This document shows positions 13,301 to 26,849 of a stretch of DNA of 51,615 bases, one piece after another. The translations under genes were made by a program, and so were the position numbers. The notes below the pieces were generated by a model. It had not been told where the DNA came from, did no database searches, and worked only from the letters and a program-made list of their open reading frames with translations. The stretch is from Macrostomum lignano (Eukaryota): contig NIVC01004288.1 in assembly GCA_002269645.1 (NCBI GenBank), positions 1-51,615 of the forward strand, written 5' to 3'. How positions within the stretch are numbered: position 1 is the stretch's first letter; each line of letters starts with the position of its first letter.

Positions 13301-16300
13301 GAGGATATATATGGGTGAGGATACAGGTGGGTGAGGATCCAGGTGGGTGAGGATATATATGGGTGAGGATATATATGGGTGAGGATACAGGTGGGTGAGG
13401 ATCCAGGTGGGTGAGGATACAGGTGGGTGAGGATACAGGTGGGTAAGGATACAGGTGGGTGAGGATCCAGGTAGGTAAGGATATATATGGGTGAGGATCC
13501 AGGTGGGTGAGGATATATATGGGTGAGGATCCAGGTGGGTGAGGATACAGGTGGGTGAGGATACAGGTGGGTGAGGATACAGGTGGGTGAGGATACAGGT
13601 GGTTGAGGATACAGGTGGGTGAGGATACAGGTGGGTGAGGATACAGGTGGGTGAGGATACAGGTGGGTGAGGATACAGGTGGGTGAGGATACAGGTGGGT
13701 GAGGATACAGGTGGGTGAGGATACAGGTGGGTGAGGATCCAGGTGGGTGAGGATATATATGGGTGAGGATATATATGGGTGAGGATACAGGTGGGTGAGG
13801 ATCCAGGTGGGTGAGGATATATATGGGTGAGGATATATATGGGTGAGGATACAGGTGGGTGAGGATCCAGGTGGGTGAGGATACAGGTGGGTGAGGATAC
13901 AGGTGGGTAAGGATACAGGTGGGTGAGGATCCAGGTGGGTAAGGATATATATGGGTGAGGATCCAGGTGGGTGAGGATATATATGGGTGAGGATCCAGGT
14001 GGGTGAGGATACAGGTGGGTGAGGATACAGGTGGGTGAGGATACAGGTGGGTGAGGATACAGGTGGGTGAGGATACAGGTGGGTGAGGATACAGGTGGGT
14101 GAGGATACAGGTGGGTGAGGATACAGGTGGGTGAGGATCCAGGTGGGTGAGGATCCACGTGGGTGACGATTCAGCTGGGTGAGGATACAGGTGGGTGAGG
14201 ATCCCAGTGGGTGAAAATACAGGTGGGTGTGAATCCAGGTGGGTTAGGATACAGGTGGGTGTGAATCCAGGTGGGTGAGGATACAGATCGGTGAGGATCC
14301 TTAAAAAGGCAGCGCTGGTCACTTACGGGAAGCTGGTGTTGGCTCTCCACTGCTGATACATCTTAAACAGCTTGTTGGTTACCAGGGGCTCGTCCACCAT
14401 CACGGCTATCTGGTTGAGTGTCTGTCGCTTAATACTGGAAGTCAAAAATGGGGGTTATGCGCGCAGAGATAATCTAACGTTGATTGAAGAATCTCACCCT
14501 GAAAATCTCCTACCGAATCTTACAATTTTTTGAGAATCTCACCCTGAGAAGCTTGCATTACAATCTCACACTATTTGAGAATCTCACCCTGAGAATCTAC
14601 TACTGAAAGCTCACACTATTTGAGAATCTCACCCTGAGAATCTACTACTGAAAGCTCACACTATTTGAGAATCTCACCCAGAGAATCTACTACTGAAAGC
14701 TCACACTATTTGAGAATCTCACCCAGAGAATCTCCTACTGAAATCTCATACTATTTGAGAATCTTACCCTGAGAATCTACTACTGAAAGCTCACACTATT
14801 TGAGAATCTCACTCTGAGAATATTGCATCGAATTCTCAAAATTTTTGAAAATCTCACCCTTCAATAAATGAGACAAAAAATCCCAACCCTAAGAATCAAA
14901 TCGAATGAAAATCTCTAGGTGAGAAGTTTTGGATCGGAAACAGAACAGCATTTCCCCAAATAATTTTCGAACGCTCACCGCTCCATGTGAGTGAGTTCCG
15001 CCTCTTTCTTGCTAAGAATATTTCTCAGCGGCCGGTTAAGAATTTTCACAATGAATTTGGACAGATCGGTCATGGCCTGCTGGTCGCCAGCGATCATCGG
15101 CCCGATCTCGCTGATCTTGTGCATCGCGATCGACCAGGGCGTGGCCGAGCTCAGGTGATCGTCTTGCAGAGTTTCGAATAGCTCGATGGGCACGGAGATG
15201 TTCAGCCGGTTGATGCTGCGGGTGCAGCAAAGAGAGGCGACAGTGAACCCGCAGCCAGTGAGGAGGCGGCCAGTCAGGCCCTGAGCAGGCACACGCTCAC
15301 ACAGGGTGTACACTGACAGTGAACCCGCAGCCAGTGAGGAGGCGGCCAGTCAGGCCCTGAGCAGGCACACGCTCACACAGGGTGTACACTGACAGTGAAC
15401 CCGCAGCCAGTGAGGAGGCGGCCAGTCAGACCCTGAGCAGGCACACGCTCACGCAGGTTGTACACTGACAGTGAACCCGCGGCCAGTGAGGAGGCGGCCA
15501 GTCAGGCCCTGAACAGGCACACGCTCACACAGGGTGTACACTCTCAGTGCCTTGGGGCTGGCCCTCATGAGTGTAAACTGCACGACAAACCACCTCAGGC
15601 CAATTTTTGTGCACACGTTTCATAATTTACAAAAAGTTTGCTGGTTTCTCTACTATGAGTAGCGAAAAGCGAAATCACTTACTAGGCAAGAGTGAAGGCG
15701 TCGTTCAGGAGGCCCGCTACGTCTGTGCTGTCAAAGTAGCCCTGCCGTGCAGAAATATTGCTGATAGATTCTCAAATACATATCTCAGATAGATCTAAAG
15801 TAGATCTCAGATAGATTTCAGATTTCAGATCTTTCATAAATCTCATATAGATCTCATAGATCTCAGATAGATCTCATAGATCTCAGATAGATCTCATAGA
15901 TCTCAGATAGATCTCATAGATCTCAGATAGATCTCATAGATCTCAGATAGATCTCATAGATCTCAGATAGATCTCAAATGGATCTCAAATAGATCTCAGA
16001 TAGATCTCAGATAGATCCCAGATAGATCTCAAATAGATCTTAGATCACACAGGGTCTCATCTTATACCAATTATTATCTCTTATCTCTCTTATCTCTTAT
16101 CTTATCTCTTATCTTATCTCTAATCTTATAGATCTCATACCAACTCAGATAGATCTCAGATAGATCTCAAATAGATCTCAGATAGATCTCATACCAACTC
16201 AGATAGATCTCTTATAGCTAGCTATCTATAACAGATCTACTTTACAAAATTTAATCCATTAAGTTACGCTGTTAATGCTCGATAGATCTAACGCATTTTA

Positions 16301-19300
16301 TGTATCCATCTAAGTCTCAATTCCAGTGAAATCTCATCTCAAGCTGACGGTTCACCTCTCTGCTCAGGCGGATGAGCTCACGCCAGTTGGACTGCTCATA
16401 GCTGCACCGGTACAGCCCAGTCTGGTTGAAGTTGATCTTCACGAATTTCGGCTGGTGATCCAACTCGATGGTCTTCTCCTCCTCAAGATCCATCCAGACC
16501 CAGCGGGGCTCGGAAATCCGGTCTGTCACGTACCAGATGGGGACTATCCACCTGAAGCCGAAGCGGCTGCTCGGCGCGTGTGAGAGAAAAACAGTTTGAG
16601 AGAATTCGAACTACAATTACCAACTCGATTCTACAATCACCAACTCGATTCTACAATCACCAACTCGATTCTACAATCACCAACTCGATTCTACAATCAC
16701 CAACTCGATTCTACAATCACCAACTCGATTCTACAATCACCAACTCGATTCTACAATTACCAACTCGATTCTACAATCACCAACTCGATTCTACAATCAC
16801 CAACTCGATTCTACAATCAACAACTCGATTCTACAATCACCAACTCGATTCTACAATCACCAACTCGATTCCACAATCAACAACTCGATTCCACAATCAA
16901 CAACTCGATTCCACAATCACCAACTCGATTCTACAATCCCCAACTCGATTCTACGCTCGTACAACCAACAACTCGATTCCACAATCACCAAGTCGATTCT
17001 ACAACCAACAACTCGATTCCACAATCACCAAGTCGATTCTACAACCAACAACTCGATTCCACAATCACCAACTCGATTCTACAACAAACAACTCGATTCC
17101 ACAATCAACAACTCGATTCTACAATCACCAACTCGATTCTACAATCACCAACTCGATTCTACAATCACCAACTCGATTCTACAATCAACAACTCGATTCT
17201 ACAACCAACAACTCGATTCTACAATCACCAACTCGATTCTACAATCAACAACTCGATTCTACAATCCCCAACTCGATTCTACAACCAACAACTCGATTCT
17301 ACAACCAACAACTCGATTCTACAATCACCAACTCGATTCTACAATCAACAACTCGATTCTACAATCACCAACTCGATTCTACAATCAACAACTCGATTCT
17401 ACAACCAACAACTCGATTCTACAATCACCAACTCGATTCTACAATCAACAACTCGATTCTACAATCACCAACTCGATTCTACAATCACCAACTCGATTCT
17501 ACAACCAAAAACTCGATTCCACAATCAACAACTCGATTCTACAATTACTAACTCGATTCTACAATTACTAACTCGATTCTACAATTACTAACTCGATTCT
17601 ACAATCAACAACTCGATTCTACAATCACCAACTCGATTCTACAATCAACAACTCGATTCTACAATTACTAACTCGATTCCACAATCAACAACTCGATTCT
17701 ACAATTACTAACTCGATTCTACAATCACCAACTCGATTCTACAACAAAAAACTCGATTCCACAATCAACAACTCGATTCTACAATCACCAACTCGATTCT
17801 ACAACCAACAACTCGATTCTACAATCAACAACTCGATTCCACAATCGCCAACTCGATTCTACAACAAAAAACTCGATTCTACAATCACCAACTCGATTCT
17901 ACAATCCCCAACTCGATTCTACAATCACCAACTCGATTCTACAATCACCAACTCGATTCTACAATCCCCAACTCGATTCTACAACCAACAACTCGATTCT
18001 ACAACCAACAACTCGATTCCTCAATCACCAACTCGACTCTACAATCAGATTCACACCTAGTCTGGTTGGACTTCCAGATGCTGGTAGCGTTGGGCACCAA
18101 GAGGAATCGCTCCTGCCGAAAGTGCAGCTTGTTGCCTCGAATTCGAACGGTGACCAGGGGGTAGTTCACCTGTGTGGTCCACGTGTCCATCACTCTGGTC
18201 AGGTTTCGCACAGGGCTGTTCGCGTGCGGTCCGGAGTCGCCGTTCTCTAGCATGTAAGCCTGCATTCCGCGGGGTCACGTGATGTAGTAAATATCAAATC
18301 ATCAATACATTAAAGTCACGTTTAATTTAAAAAACCAAACAGCATCTCTCTCCCACCCCATCGGTCTGAGTCATCGCATCTCTCTCCCACCCCAGTGGTC
18401 TGAGTCATCGCATCTCTCTCCCACCCCATTGGTCTGAGTCATCGCATCTCTCTCCCACCCCAGTGGTCTGAGTCATCGCATCTCTCTCCCACCCCAGTGG
18501 TCTGAGTCATCGCATCTCTCTCCCACCCCAGTGGTCTGGTGAATCTTTGGTTCTCCCACTAAGATGAAAGTCGCGTTTCAACCGCAAAATTTATCAAGCC
18601 TCTGTTTGATTGCTAAAGTGCCAGTTAGATATATTTTTGCACTGTAAAATTATGAGCCATAAGTTCGATTTTCTAAGAAACGAATCCACCGAACCTCGCT
18701 GAAGGCGGCGAACAGATCGCTACTGGCCGCGTTTCTCCAGGCGAACCGGTTCAGGTAGATGATGAGGCCTCTCTTCAGCGTCCGCCTGCCGATGACGGCG
18801 TCCAGCATGCGGATCAAGGCGCTGCCTTTGAAGTAGCTGATGTCGTCGAACATTGACTCGATCTCGTTCGGGTCGGACAGCCCGGGCACGATGATCGGGT
18901 GCGAGTGCAGCAGGCTGTCCGTCTGCAGAGCCGAGGCTACGAACTCCACATAGCAACGGTCCATCTGAGTTGATGGAATTGGAAGCGCGTTGCTGGCTTT
19001 GAGCCTCTCCGATATTTCCCACTGTGGCTTCCCTTCTCTTCCCTGCTCTTCTCTTCCCTTCCCTTCCCTTCTCTTCCCTGCTCTTCTCTTCCCTGCTCTT
19101 CTCTTCCCTTCCCTTCCCTTTCTTTCTATTCCCTTCTCTTTCCTTTAAGTTCCTTCCCTTCTCTTCCCTTTTTGCCTTTCCTTTCCGTCTATTATTTTTC
19201 TCGCTCGCCTCTCTCTCCCTGCCTTTTCACTCCTCTCTCTACTCTCTCACTGTCTCTCTATCCCCTCAGAGCTCGAACCCCGGACTCACCATGCTCCAGC

Positions 19301-19466
19301 CGGGCTTGAATGCGTCCACGCCGATGTACTGCGTGAACACTGCGAATGCTTCGTTCAGCCACAGTTCGTCCCACCATTTCATTGTGACAATGTTTCCGAA
19401 CCACTGCGGCGGGGCATGAGAGAGCGATCAGAGAATGGTTAGATCTGTTCAGTCTATCAATCAATT

Positions 19467-19497
<31 letters not shown>

Positions 19498-19601
19498 TAA
19501 ATCAATCAACCAATCAATCAATTAATCAATCAACCAATCAATCAATCAAATAAATAAATCAATCAATCAATTAATCAATCAACCAATCAATCAATCAAAT
19601 A

Positions 19602-19660
<59 letters not shown>

Positions 19661-19670
19661 TAAATAAATA

Positions 19671-19708
<38 letters not shown>

Positions 19709-19709
19709 C

Positions 19710-19761
<52 letters not shown>

Positions 19762-19795
19762 TAATCAATCAATCAATCAATCAAATCAAATAAAT

Positions 19796-19854
<59 letters not shown>

Positions 19855-20124
19855 CCAATCAATCAATCAATCTGTGACATAGTGACACGATGAACTTTGC
19901 TATAGGTTGCATGCACTGTAGTGTTGACTCACTAGCAGTGGAGATGGTTATTAACCGCCTTAGAGATTTGTATGGTATTCAACCCCCACCCCATGCGCAC
20001 GCGATTGAATCGCACCCACCACCTCATTGCTAACTAATAAATGTTGTCAGCCTAGCTCTCAAGCGAGCACCCTTTTTTCACTCCTGCAATTCCACACTTC
20101 TGCCTCGCTTAACAAAGTTATCAC

Positions 20125-20176
<52 letters not shown>

Positions 20177-23065
20177 CCAATCAATCAACCAATCAATCAG
20201 TTTTTGGTGGAAATTCGCTTGGTCCCCCTTTAATTTTTTTCCGGTCTCTGCCTAAGGGAAGCGACCGCCCCCCGCATCCTGGTTGCGCCTCTGTGGGGCA
20301 TATAAATTTATGCTTTGAATCACACCGAGGTTTGGACATAGACTGAGAGTAATTTTCCATGAAATTTCCATTTTATCCCATTTAAATATCAGTTCGAAGC
20401 CTTTTTTGCGCACATTACGAAATATTTGCTTCATATTCTTTCTTTGCTACTCTTCAGTAGGCGATCTTTCTAGATCTTTCTAGATTTCTGGAGGTCGGCC
20501 AATAAAGACCATTTTCAGTCTTAATGGGATCATATTATGTCAGCAACAGGATTTAACATCCGTTCTGTTGCTAGATTAGACTTTGGAATGCCTGCCCCAC
20601 AAGGAGTTTTCAGGGAGACAGCTTCATGATGTCTATGACCTAATACTCATCGATTTTTATGGTTAAGTCCTTATCAATTTCTATGGTCAAATTATTACTG
20701 ATGTCTATGGTCAAATCCTCAATGTTGTCTATGGTGAAAGTCTCACTGATGTCCATGGTCAAATCCTCAACGGTGTCTATGGTCAAGGCTTCAATGATGT
20801 CTATGGTCAAAGCCTCAAGGGTGTCTAAGGTCAGGTCCTCAATGGTGTTTATGGTCAAATCCTCAATGGTGTCTATGGTCAAATCCTCAATGGTGTTTAT
20901 GGTCAAATCCTCAATGGTGTTTATGGTCAAATCCTCAATGGTGTCTATGGTCAAAGCTTCAATGATGTCTATGGTCAAAGCCTCAAGGGTGTCTAAGGTC
21001 AGGTCCTCAATGGTGTTTATGGTCAAATCCTCAATGGTGTCTATGGTCAAATCCTCAATGGTGTTTATGGTCAAATCCTCAATGGTGTTTATGGTCAAAT
21101 CCTCAATGGTGTTTATGGTCAAATCCTCAATGGTGTCTATGGTCAAATCCTCAATGGTGTTTATGGTCAAATCCTCAATGATGTCTATGGTCAAATCCTC
21201 AATGGTGTCTATGGTCAAATCCTCAATGGTGTTTATGGTCAAATCCTCAATGGTGTTTATGGTCAAATCCTCAATGGTGTCTATGGTCAAATCCTCAATG
21301 GTGTTTATGGTCAAATCCTCAATGGTGTTTATGGTCAAATCCTCAATGGTGTTTATGGTCAAATCCTCAATGGTGTCTATGGTCAAATCCTCAATGGTGT
21401 TTATGGTCAAATCCTCAATGGTGTTTATGGTCAAATCCTCAATGGTGTTTATGGTCAAATCCTCAATGGTGTCTATGGTCAAATCCTCAATGGTGTTTAT
21501 GGTCAAATCCTCAATGATGTCTATGGTCAAATCCTCAATGGTGTCTATGGTCAAATCCTCAATGGTGTTTATGGTCAAATCCTCAATGGTGTTTATGGTC
21601 AAATCCTCAATGGTGTCTATGGTCAAATCCTCAATGGTGTCTATGGTCAAATCCTCAATGGTGTCTATGGTCAAATCCTCAATGGTGTCTATGGTCAAAG
21701 CTTCAATGATGTCTATGGTCAAAGCCTCAAGGGTGTCTAAGGTCAAATCCTCAATGGTGTTTATGGTCAAATCCTCAATGGTGTCTATGGTCAAATCCTC
21801 AATGGTGTCTATGGTCAAATCCTCAATGGTGTCTATGGTCAAATCCTCAATGGTGTCTATGGTCAAAAGAGCTTCTAGCAATCGATCCAATTCTTTCGTT
21901 CATTCAGTGAGGAATTCGCATTGGATGATTCCAGTGGATAATTGCTTGACTTGATCAGTCTCATTATTAACTTGACTGACAAAAAGCCCCATCGCCTCAC
22001 CTGGTGAGCGATCTCATGCGAAATTACTTCGGCGATGGTCTGCTTGTCAATGGTGGTTGTGTAGTTTGGATCGTACAGCAGCGTTGAGAATCTGTAGATG
22101 ATGAGGCCCCAGTTCTCCATAGCGCCAGCGGCAAACTGCGGCACTCCTATCATGTCTGGGAATTGGAGAGGAATATTTCTCAAGCTTCAATTTATTGGAA
22201 TTTCGCCCCCTAGCAACTGGATCAAAATTCCGGTTATTTCCTGTCAGCAGCCATTTGGTTAATCTCAAACGAACCCAAGCCAATTATATATGAGTTCATC
22301 CCAATTAGTGGCGCTCTTAGTGAAATCTAGTTCAGCTTGTAAAATTTGTGTAGCGAACCGAGTTTCGGCAGCGGGTAGGACAGGTTGAACAGGTCCTCGA
22401 AGTACGGCAGCACCTTCTCCGTGACGCTCATGGCGAAGTCCAGCTGGTTCTGCGAGCTTGAAGGCGCCCAAATGCCGACCTGCAAGTTTGAGGAGGCCGC
22501 CGCTGCTCTGCCTTCGCGTTCTCTCTTCTCAACTCTCATCTCTGCTCTCTTCTCTGCTCTCTTCTCTGCTCTCTTCTCAACTCTCTTCTCTGCTCTTTTC
22601 TCTGCCCTCTTCTCAACTCTCTTCTCTGCCCTCTTCTCAACTCTCTTCTCTGCTCTTTTCTCTTCTCTCTTCTCTCTTCTCCCTTCTCCTATCTCTCACC
22701 TCATCTCCTCTCAGTCTCTCAATATTCATCTCCTCTTTCCTCTCTCACCTGGCCCGGTGAGACCGATTGGCTCACACTCACCTGGATAGAGCCTCTGCTA
22801 GTTTTCACCACCTTCTGCAGGGACACGTAGTCCATAGGCAGTACAGCATACGCCACCAGGTAGGTGCTCATGACCACCGAGGTCTGGAAGATGTCCCTGT
22901 GGCAGCCAGACTGATTAGTGAGGTGACTGCACCGAGTGTCCGGGACCGTTCTTGCCTGGTCAGAGTTGTCAAGTTCGAATATTGTTTATGTATTACTGAG
23001 GGACAACTAGAAAAGCCTCTTCTCATATCTCATTTCTTCTAAGAAAAGCTGTCCCTGGTATTACT

Positions 23066-23110
<45 letters not shown>

Positions 23111-23133
23111 TTGACTAACTAACTAACTGACTG

Positions 23134-23212
<79 letters not shown>

Positions 23213-23225
23213 GACTAACTAACTG

Positions 23226-23258
<33 letters not shown>

Positions 23259-23281
23259 TTGACTAACTAACTAACTGACTG

Positions 23282-23372
<91 letters not shown>

Positions 23373-23373
23373 G

Positions 23374-23416
<43 letters not shown>

Positions 23417-26400
23417 GACTAACTAACTGACTAACTAACTGACTAACTAACAAACATAGCTGATATACGTTTGTATTTACTCAAAAAGTACATTTTGCAC
23501 TCAGATTGACAGCTGTCCATTACCAGAGGCATGTTGAACAGACTCTTGTACCGCCAGTCGCGGATCACTTCCAGGTCAAAGGTGGCTTTCATTTCCGGCT
23601 CGTCGAAGCAGGGGAAGGCCTTGCGAGCGGACACAGGCTCCATGTGGGTGGAGGCCATGTACCTGAGGGGATGGAAGAAGTGACTCGTGGATTGAGTAAA
23701 TAAGAGTTGTTAGTAGGAAAGTAATTCCAGTTGCAGAATTAGAGGGACAAATAGTTGGAGTGACAAATAGTTGGAGTGACAAATAGAGTGACAAATAGTT
23801 AGAGTGACAAATAGTTGGAGTGACAAATAGTTGGAGTGACAAATAGTTGGAGTGACAAATAGTTGGAGTGACAAATAGTTGGAGTGACAAATAGTTAGAG
23901 TGACAAATAGTTGGAGTGACAAATAGTTAGAGTGACAAATAGTTAGAGTGACAAATAGTTAGAGTGACAAATAGTTGGAGTGACAAATAGTTGGAGTGAC
24001 AAATAGCTGGAGTGACAAATAGTTGGAGTGACAAATGGCAGAAGTGAAAATCTGGCATAGGGAAATTGCATAGAGCGGCAGGGTAGCTACTCAAGTTGAT
24101 TCCAGTTGAGAATGCGCAGCAACTCGAGCTGGCTCAAGGCGCAGATTTCTCGGTTACTACAGCCCAGCGCCACTTCAGCAGTGTTACACCCACCGCGTCA
24201 AGAGCCGAGGCCAGCTGGCGTGGATGTGGGGAGAACGGGACACCCCCTGACCTGGCCTGAATAAGGGAAAGCATTGGTTAAAACTTCCCAATCCCCCACA
24301 CAAAAGCTGAAGCTCCAGTCCAGCCGGTGTATTTCAGCAGGGTCGGGGGGGGAGCGACGACTGCAGCAAAAAAGGAAAAGATTTGCGCAGAACTTTTGCA
24401 ACGGGGAAAAGTTTCATAGAAAATAAATATTAGTGCCCGTTGCAGTTTTCCTGGGGCTGCCAGCTTAAACTGCCAGCCAGGTTTAGCGAGTCAGGAAGGT
24501 GAAGGATTGCGGCTGGTTTCAGAGACTTTCGAATGAACGGCAGCAGCGACCATTCAGAGAGTGACATTCAGAGAGTGACATTCAGAGAGTGACATTCAGA
24601 GAGTGACATTAAGAGTGATATTCAGAGAGTGACATTCAGAGAGTGACATTCAGAGAGTGACATTCAGAGAGTGACATTCAGAGAGTGACATTCAGAGAGT
24701 GACATTCAGATAGTGAAATTCGGAGAGTGACATTCAGAGAGTGACATTCACAGAAAGGGAGAAACGAAGTCACTATTGAGATACAGTGTGGCAATGCTGC
24801 ACTGATCAAACCCTTCAGCTTTTACTGAGCAAACAGCAGGCGACACAAAATGGCGGCAAGAACCGGGACTGGGCAATGAAATCGTCCCGTGAACTGAAGT
24901 CAAAGAGCGACTGGGATAGCGGGGGTTTTTGCAGACTAGTCTGACACTTCATCATGGTGTAGGAGGCTGAGGGGAGGCGTCAGCTGCCGGCGAAATCGGA
25001 ATGGCTCTGACAGGACCGGCCCGGTGTGTTTGCGTTGCTACGCAGTTTTAGGTGGCAGATTGCCCACGTCGAAATGCGAGAAATGCTAGAGGGGGGGGCA
25101 GCATTAGGGAGAAAAATAAAGACACAGAAATCTGGATTAATGCTTTTTGGCCTTTCTGCTCGTGCATTATTGAATAGCAAGGAATTCAATCAGATTCTCT
25201 GGTACATTCCTGCATTCCCGGCCGTGAATAAAAAGGAAATGCCATTACGTGCTTAAGCCTCCGCGCACTTTTGAATGCAGTCAGCTTTATGTTTGGTTTT
25301 CTTTTTATCTTTCCACTGTACTAAAAATCTGTGTGCTCGCATTAGCAGCACTGATAGTTTCGCTGTGTGCTCACACTAGCAGCACTGATAGTCCCACTGT
25401 GTGCTCACACTAGCAGCACTGATAGTCCCATTGTGTGCTCACACTAGCAGCACTGATAGTCCCATTGTGTGCTCACACTAGCAGCACTGATAGTCCCATT
25501 GTGTGCTCACACTAGCAGCACTGATAGTCCCATTGTGTGCTCACACTAGCAGCACTGATAGTCCCATTGTGTGCTCACACTAGCAGCACTGATAGTCCCA
25601 TTGTGTGCTCACACTAGCAGCACTGATAGTCCCATTGTGTGCTCACACTAGCAGCACTGATAGTCCCATTGTGTGCTCACACTAGCAGCACTGATAGTCC
25701 CATTGTGTGCTCACACTAGCAGCACTGATAGTCCCATTGTGTGCTCACACTAGCAGCACTGATAGTCCCATTGTGTGCTCACACTAGCAGCACTGATAGT
25801 CCCATTGTGTGCTCACACTAGCAGCACTGATAGTCCCATTGTGTGCTCACACTAGCAGCACTGATAGTCCCATTGTGTGCTCACACTAGCAGCACTGATA
25901 GTCCCATTGTGTGCTCACACTAGCAGCACTGATAGTCCCATTGTGTGCTCACACTAGCAGCACTGATAGTCCCATTGTGTGCTCACACTAGCAGCACTGA
26001 TAGTCCCATTGTGTGCTCACACTAGCAGCACTGATAGTCCCATTGTGTGCTCACACTAGCAGCACTGATAGTCCCATTGTGTGCTCACACTAGCAGCACT
26101 GATAGTCCCATTGTGTGCTCACACTAGCAGCACTGATAGTCCCACTGTTAAGCTATGAAAAGTATGAATCACACTCACCTGAGCGCCCTATTCTTGTCCT
26201 TGTACTTGGCCATGTAGAAACCGTCAAGTTTGTCTCCCTCAATTTCGCGTTCGAAACTCAACGACACGTTGAGCAGTTCTCCGGTTGTGCACTGTCGGCT
26301 GACCCTGATGTAAAGCAGGTCCAGGCTGGGGCAGCGCTGTCTGGACACTTCGTCTAGCCGCTGGGCCGCCGTCACAGTCAGGTCGGAGATGCGGATGCCG

Positions 26401-26849
26401 GCACCGACATGGAAGATGATGGCGTCTGTTGGCCTTGAGCAGTTTAGCATCATCTTTACGCGACCAAAGTTGACAGATGTCTTCTGACCCTGGCTGGGTA
26501 GAACCGGCCTCACCAGCAGTTGGTAGCTGATGGGCAACAGCGATTTCGGCAACCGGATGTCCTGGTGCTGGCAGGCTTTTCCCGATTCGTCAAGGTAAAC
26601 TGCCCGAGTTAGAGATTTAGGCGACCTGCGCGACTGCAGCCCGTCCGACTCTGAGGCGCCGTTGTCGCAACTTCTCGACGCTAGGAGGCCGAGAAGGATA
26701 ACGATGGTGATGACAGCGATAAGGAGCAGCAGGAACGCGAGTGCCAGCAGGCGCTTTGATGAACTCGGCTTTGCCTGACTTGACTGCTGCTGCTGCGGTT
26801 TGTCTGCGGGAGGGGCAGCGGCGAGACTTCCGTCTGATTTTGCGATGCA
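10350..26849 (-). CDS. M1-family zinc aminopeptidase (aminopeptidase N/ERAP-like), type II membrane protein, 15 exons; N-terminal Met not in these exons
   Basis: Exons (minus strand): 26849-26179, 23662-23524, 22955-22782, 22479-22359, 22155-22001, 19403-19290, 18964-18695, 18259-18057, 16566-16356, 15741-15683, 15215-14979, 14434-14327, 13068-12901, 11409-11214, 10499-10350. All have GT/AG ends and consistent phases; total 2976 nt = 991 aa + TAG. Motifs: TM anchor [24 protein letters not shown] (26750-26679), [35 protein letters not shown] (22126-22112), [49 protein letters not shown]-terminal ERAP1_C-like LNDAFTLA...VKANINWI. The 22955 and 10499 acceptors are best guesses among nearby AGs. 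Confidence 0.93.
10632..11190. repeat. Minisatellite, 19-bp CTGACACAAAATCCGACAT, in the last aminopeptidase intron
   Basis: Direct. Confidence 0.95.
11447..12305. repeat. Minisatellite, 23-27-bp CTGACTGACTGACATCTCACACCACTG
   Basis: Direct. Confidence 0.95.
12317..12872. repeat. Minisatellite, 34-bp GAGTCATCGCATCTCTCTCCCACCCCAGTGGTCT, about 16 copies
   Basis: Direct; same unit as 18341-18538. Confidence 0.97.
13070..14300. repeat. Minisatellite, 16-bp GGGTGAGGATACAGGT, about 77 copies
   Basis: Direct. Confidence 0.97.
14490..14860. repeat. Minisatellite, 45-bp unit, about 8 copies
   Basis: ATCTCACCC recurs at 14581, 14626, 14671. Confidence 0.9.
15241..15545. repeat. Tandem 76-bp unit x4
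   Basis: CAGTGAACCC at 15241, 15317, 15393, 15469. Confidence 0.95.
15780..16250. repeat. AGATCT-rich minisatellite (20-bp AGATAGATCTCATAGATCTC) with a degenerate tail
   Basis: Direct. Confidence 0.9.
16610..18045. repeat. Minisatellite, 20-bp ACTCGATTCTACAATCACCA, about 72 copies
   Basis: Direct. Confidence 0.97.
18341..18538. repeat. Second array of the 34-bp unit, about 6 copies
   Basis: Direct. Confidence 0.95.
19030..19260. repeat. CT-rich low-complexity tract
   Basis: Direct. Confidence 0.85.
19455..20200. repeat. (ATCA)n microsatellites at 19455-19872 and 20126-20200
   Basis: Direct. Confidence 0.95.
20655..21866. repeat. Minisatellite, 24-bp GGTCAAATCCTCAATGGTGTCTAT, about 50 copies
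   Basis: Direct. Confidence 0.97.
22520..22745. repeat. CT-rich 12/24-bp repeat
   Basis: Direct. Confidence 0.85.
23065..23452. repeat. (CTAA)n microsatellite, about 95 units
   Basis: Direct. Confidence 0.97.
23742..24036. repeat. Minisatellite, 16-bp GAGTGACAAATAGTTG, about 18 copies
   Basis: Direct. Confidence 0.95.
24550..24750. repeat. Minisatellite, 14-bp GACATTCAGAGAGT
   Basis: Direct. Confidence 0.95.
25330..26148. repeat. Highly homogeneous minisatellite, 34-bp GTGTGCTCACACTAGCAGCACTGATAGTCCCATT, about 24 copies
   Basis: Direct. Confidence 0.97.

Noticed and set aside
20640-21890. 416-aa acidic (LTIDTIED)n ORF resembling a beta-solenoid/ice-binding protein
   Set aside because: It lies in an intron, starts at TTG, and nearby AGs are phase 1 whereas the upstream donor is phase 0; explained by a 24-bp unit.
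23065-23452. Interstitial telomere
   Set aside because: The unit is TTAG, not TTAGG or TTAGGG.
24846-24856. YY1-like AAAATGGCGGC in an aminopeptidase intron
   Set aside because: Single motif followed by only a 9-codon ORF; no other promoter evidence.
1-26148. CRISPR-like appearance of 23-37-bp repeats
   Set aside because: Units are directly adjacent with no unique spacers, there are no cas genes, and the context is eukaryotic.
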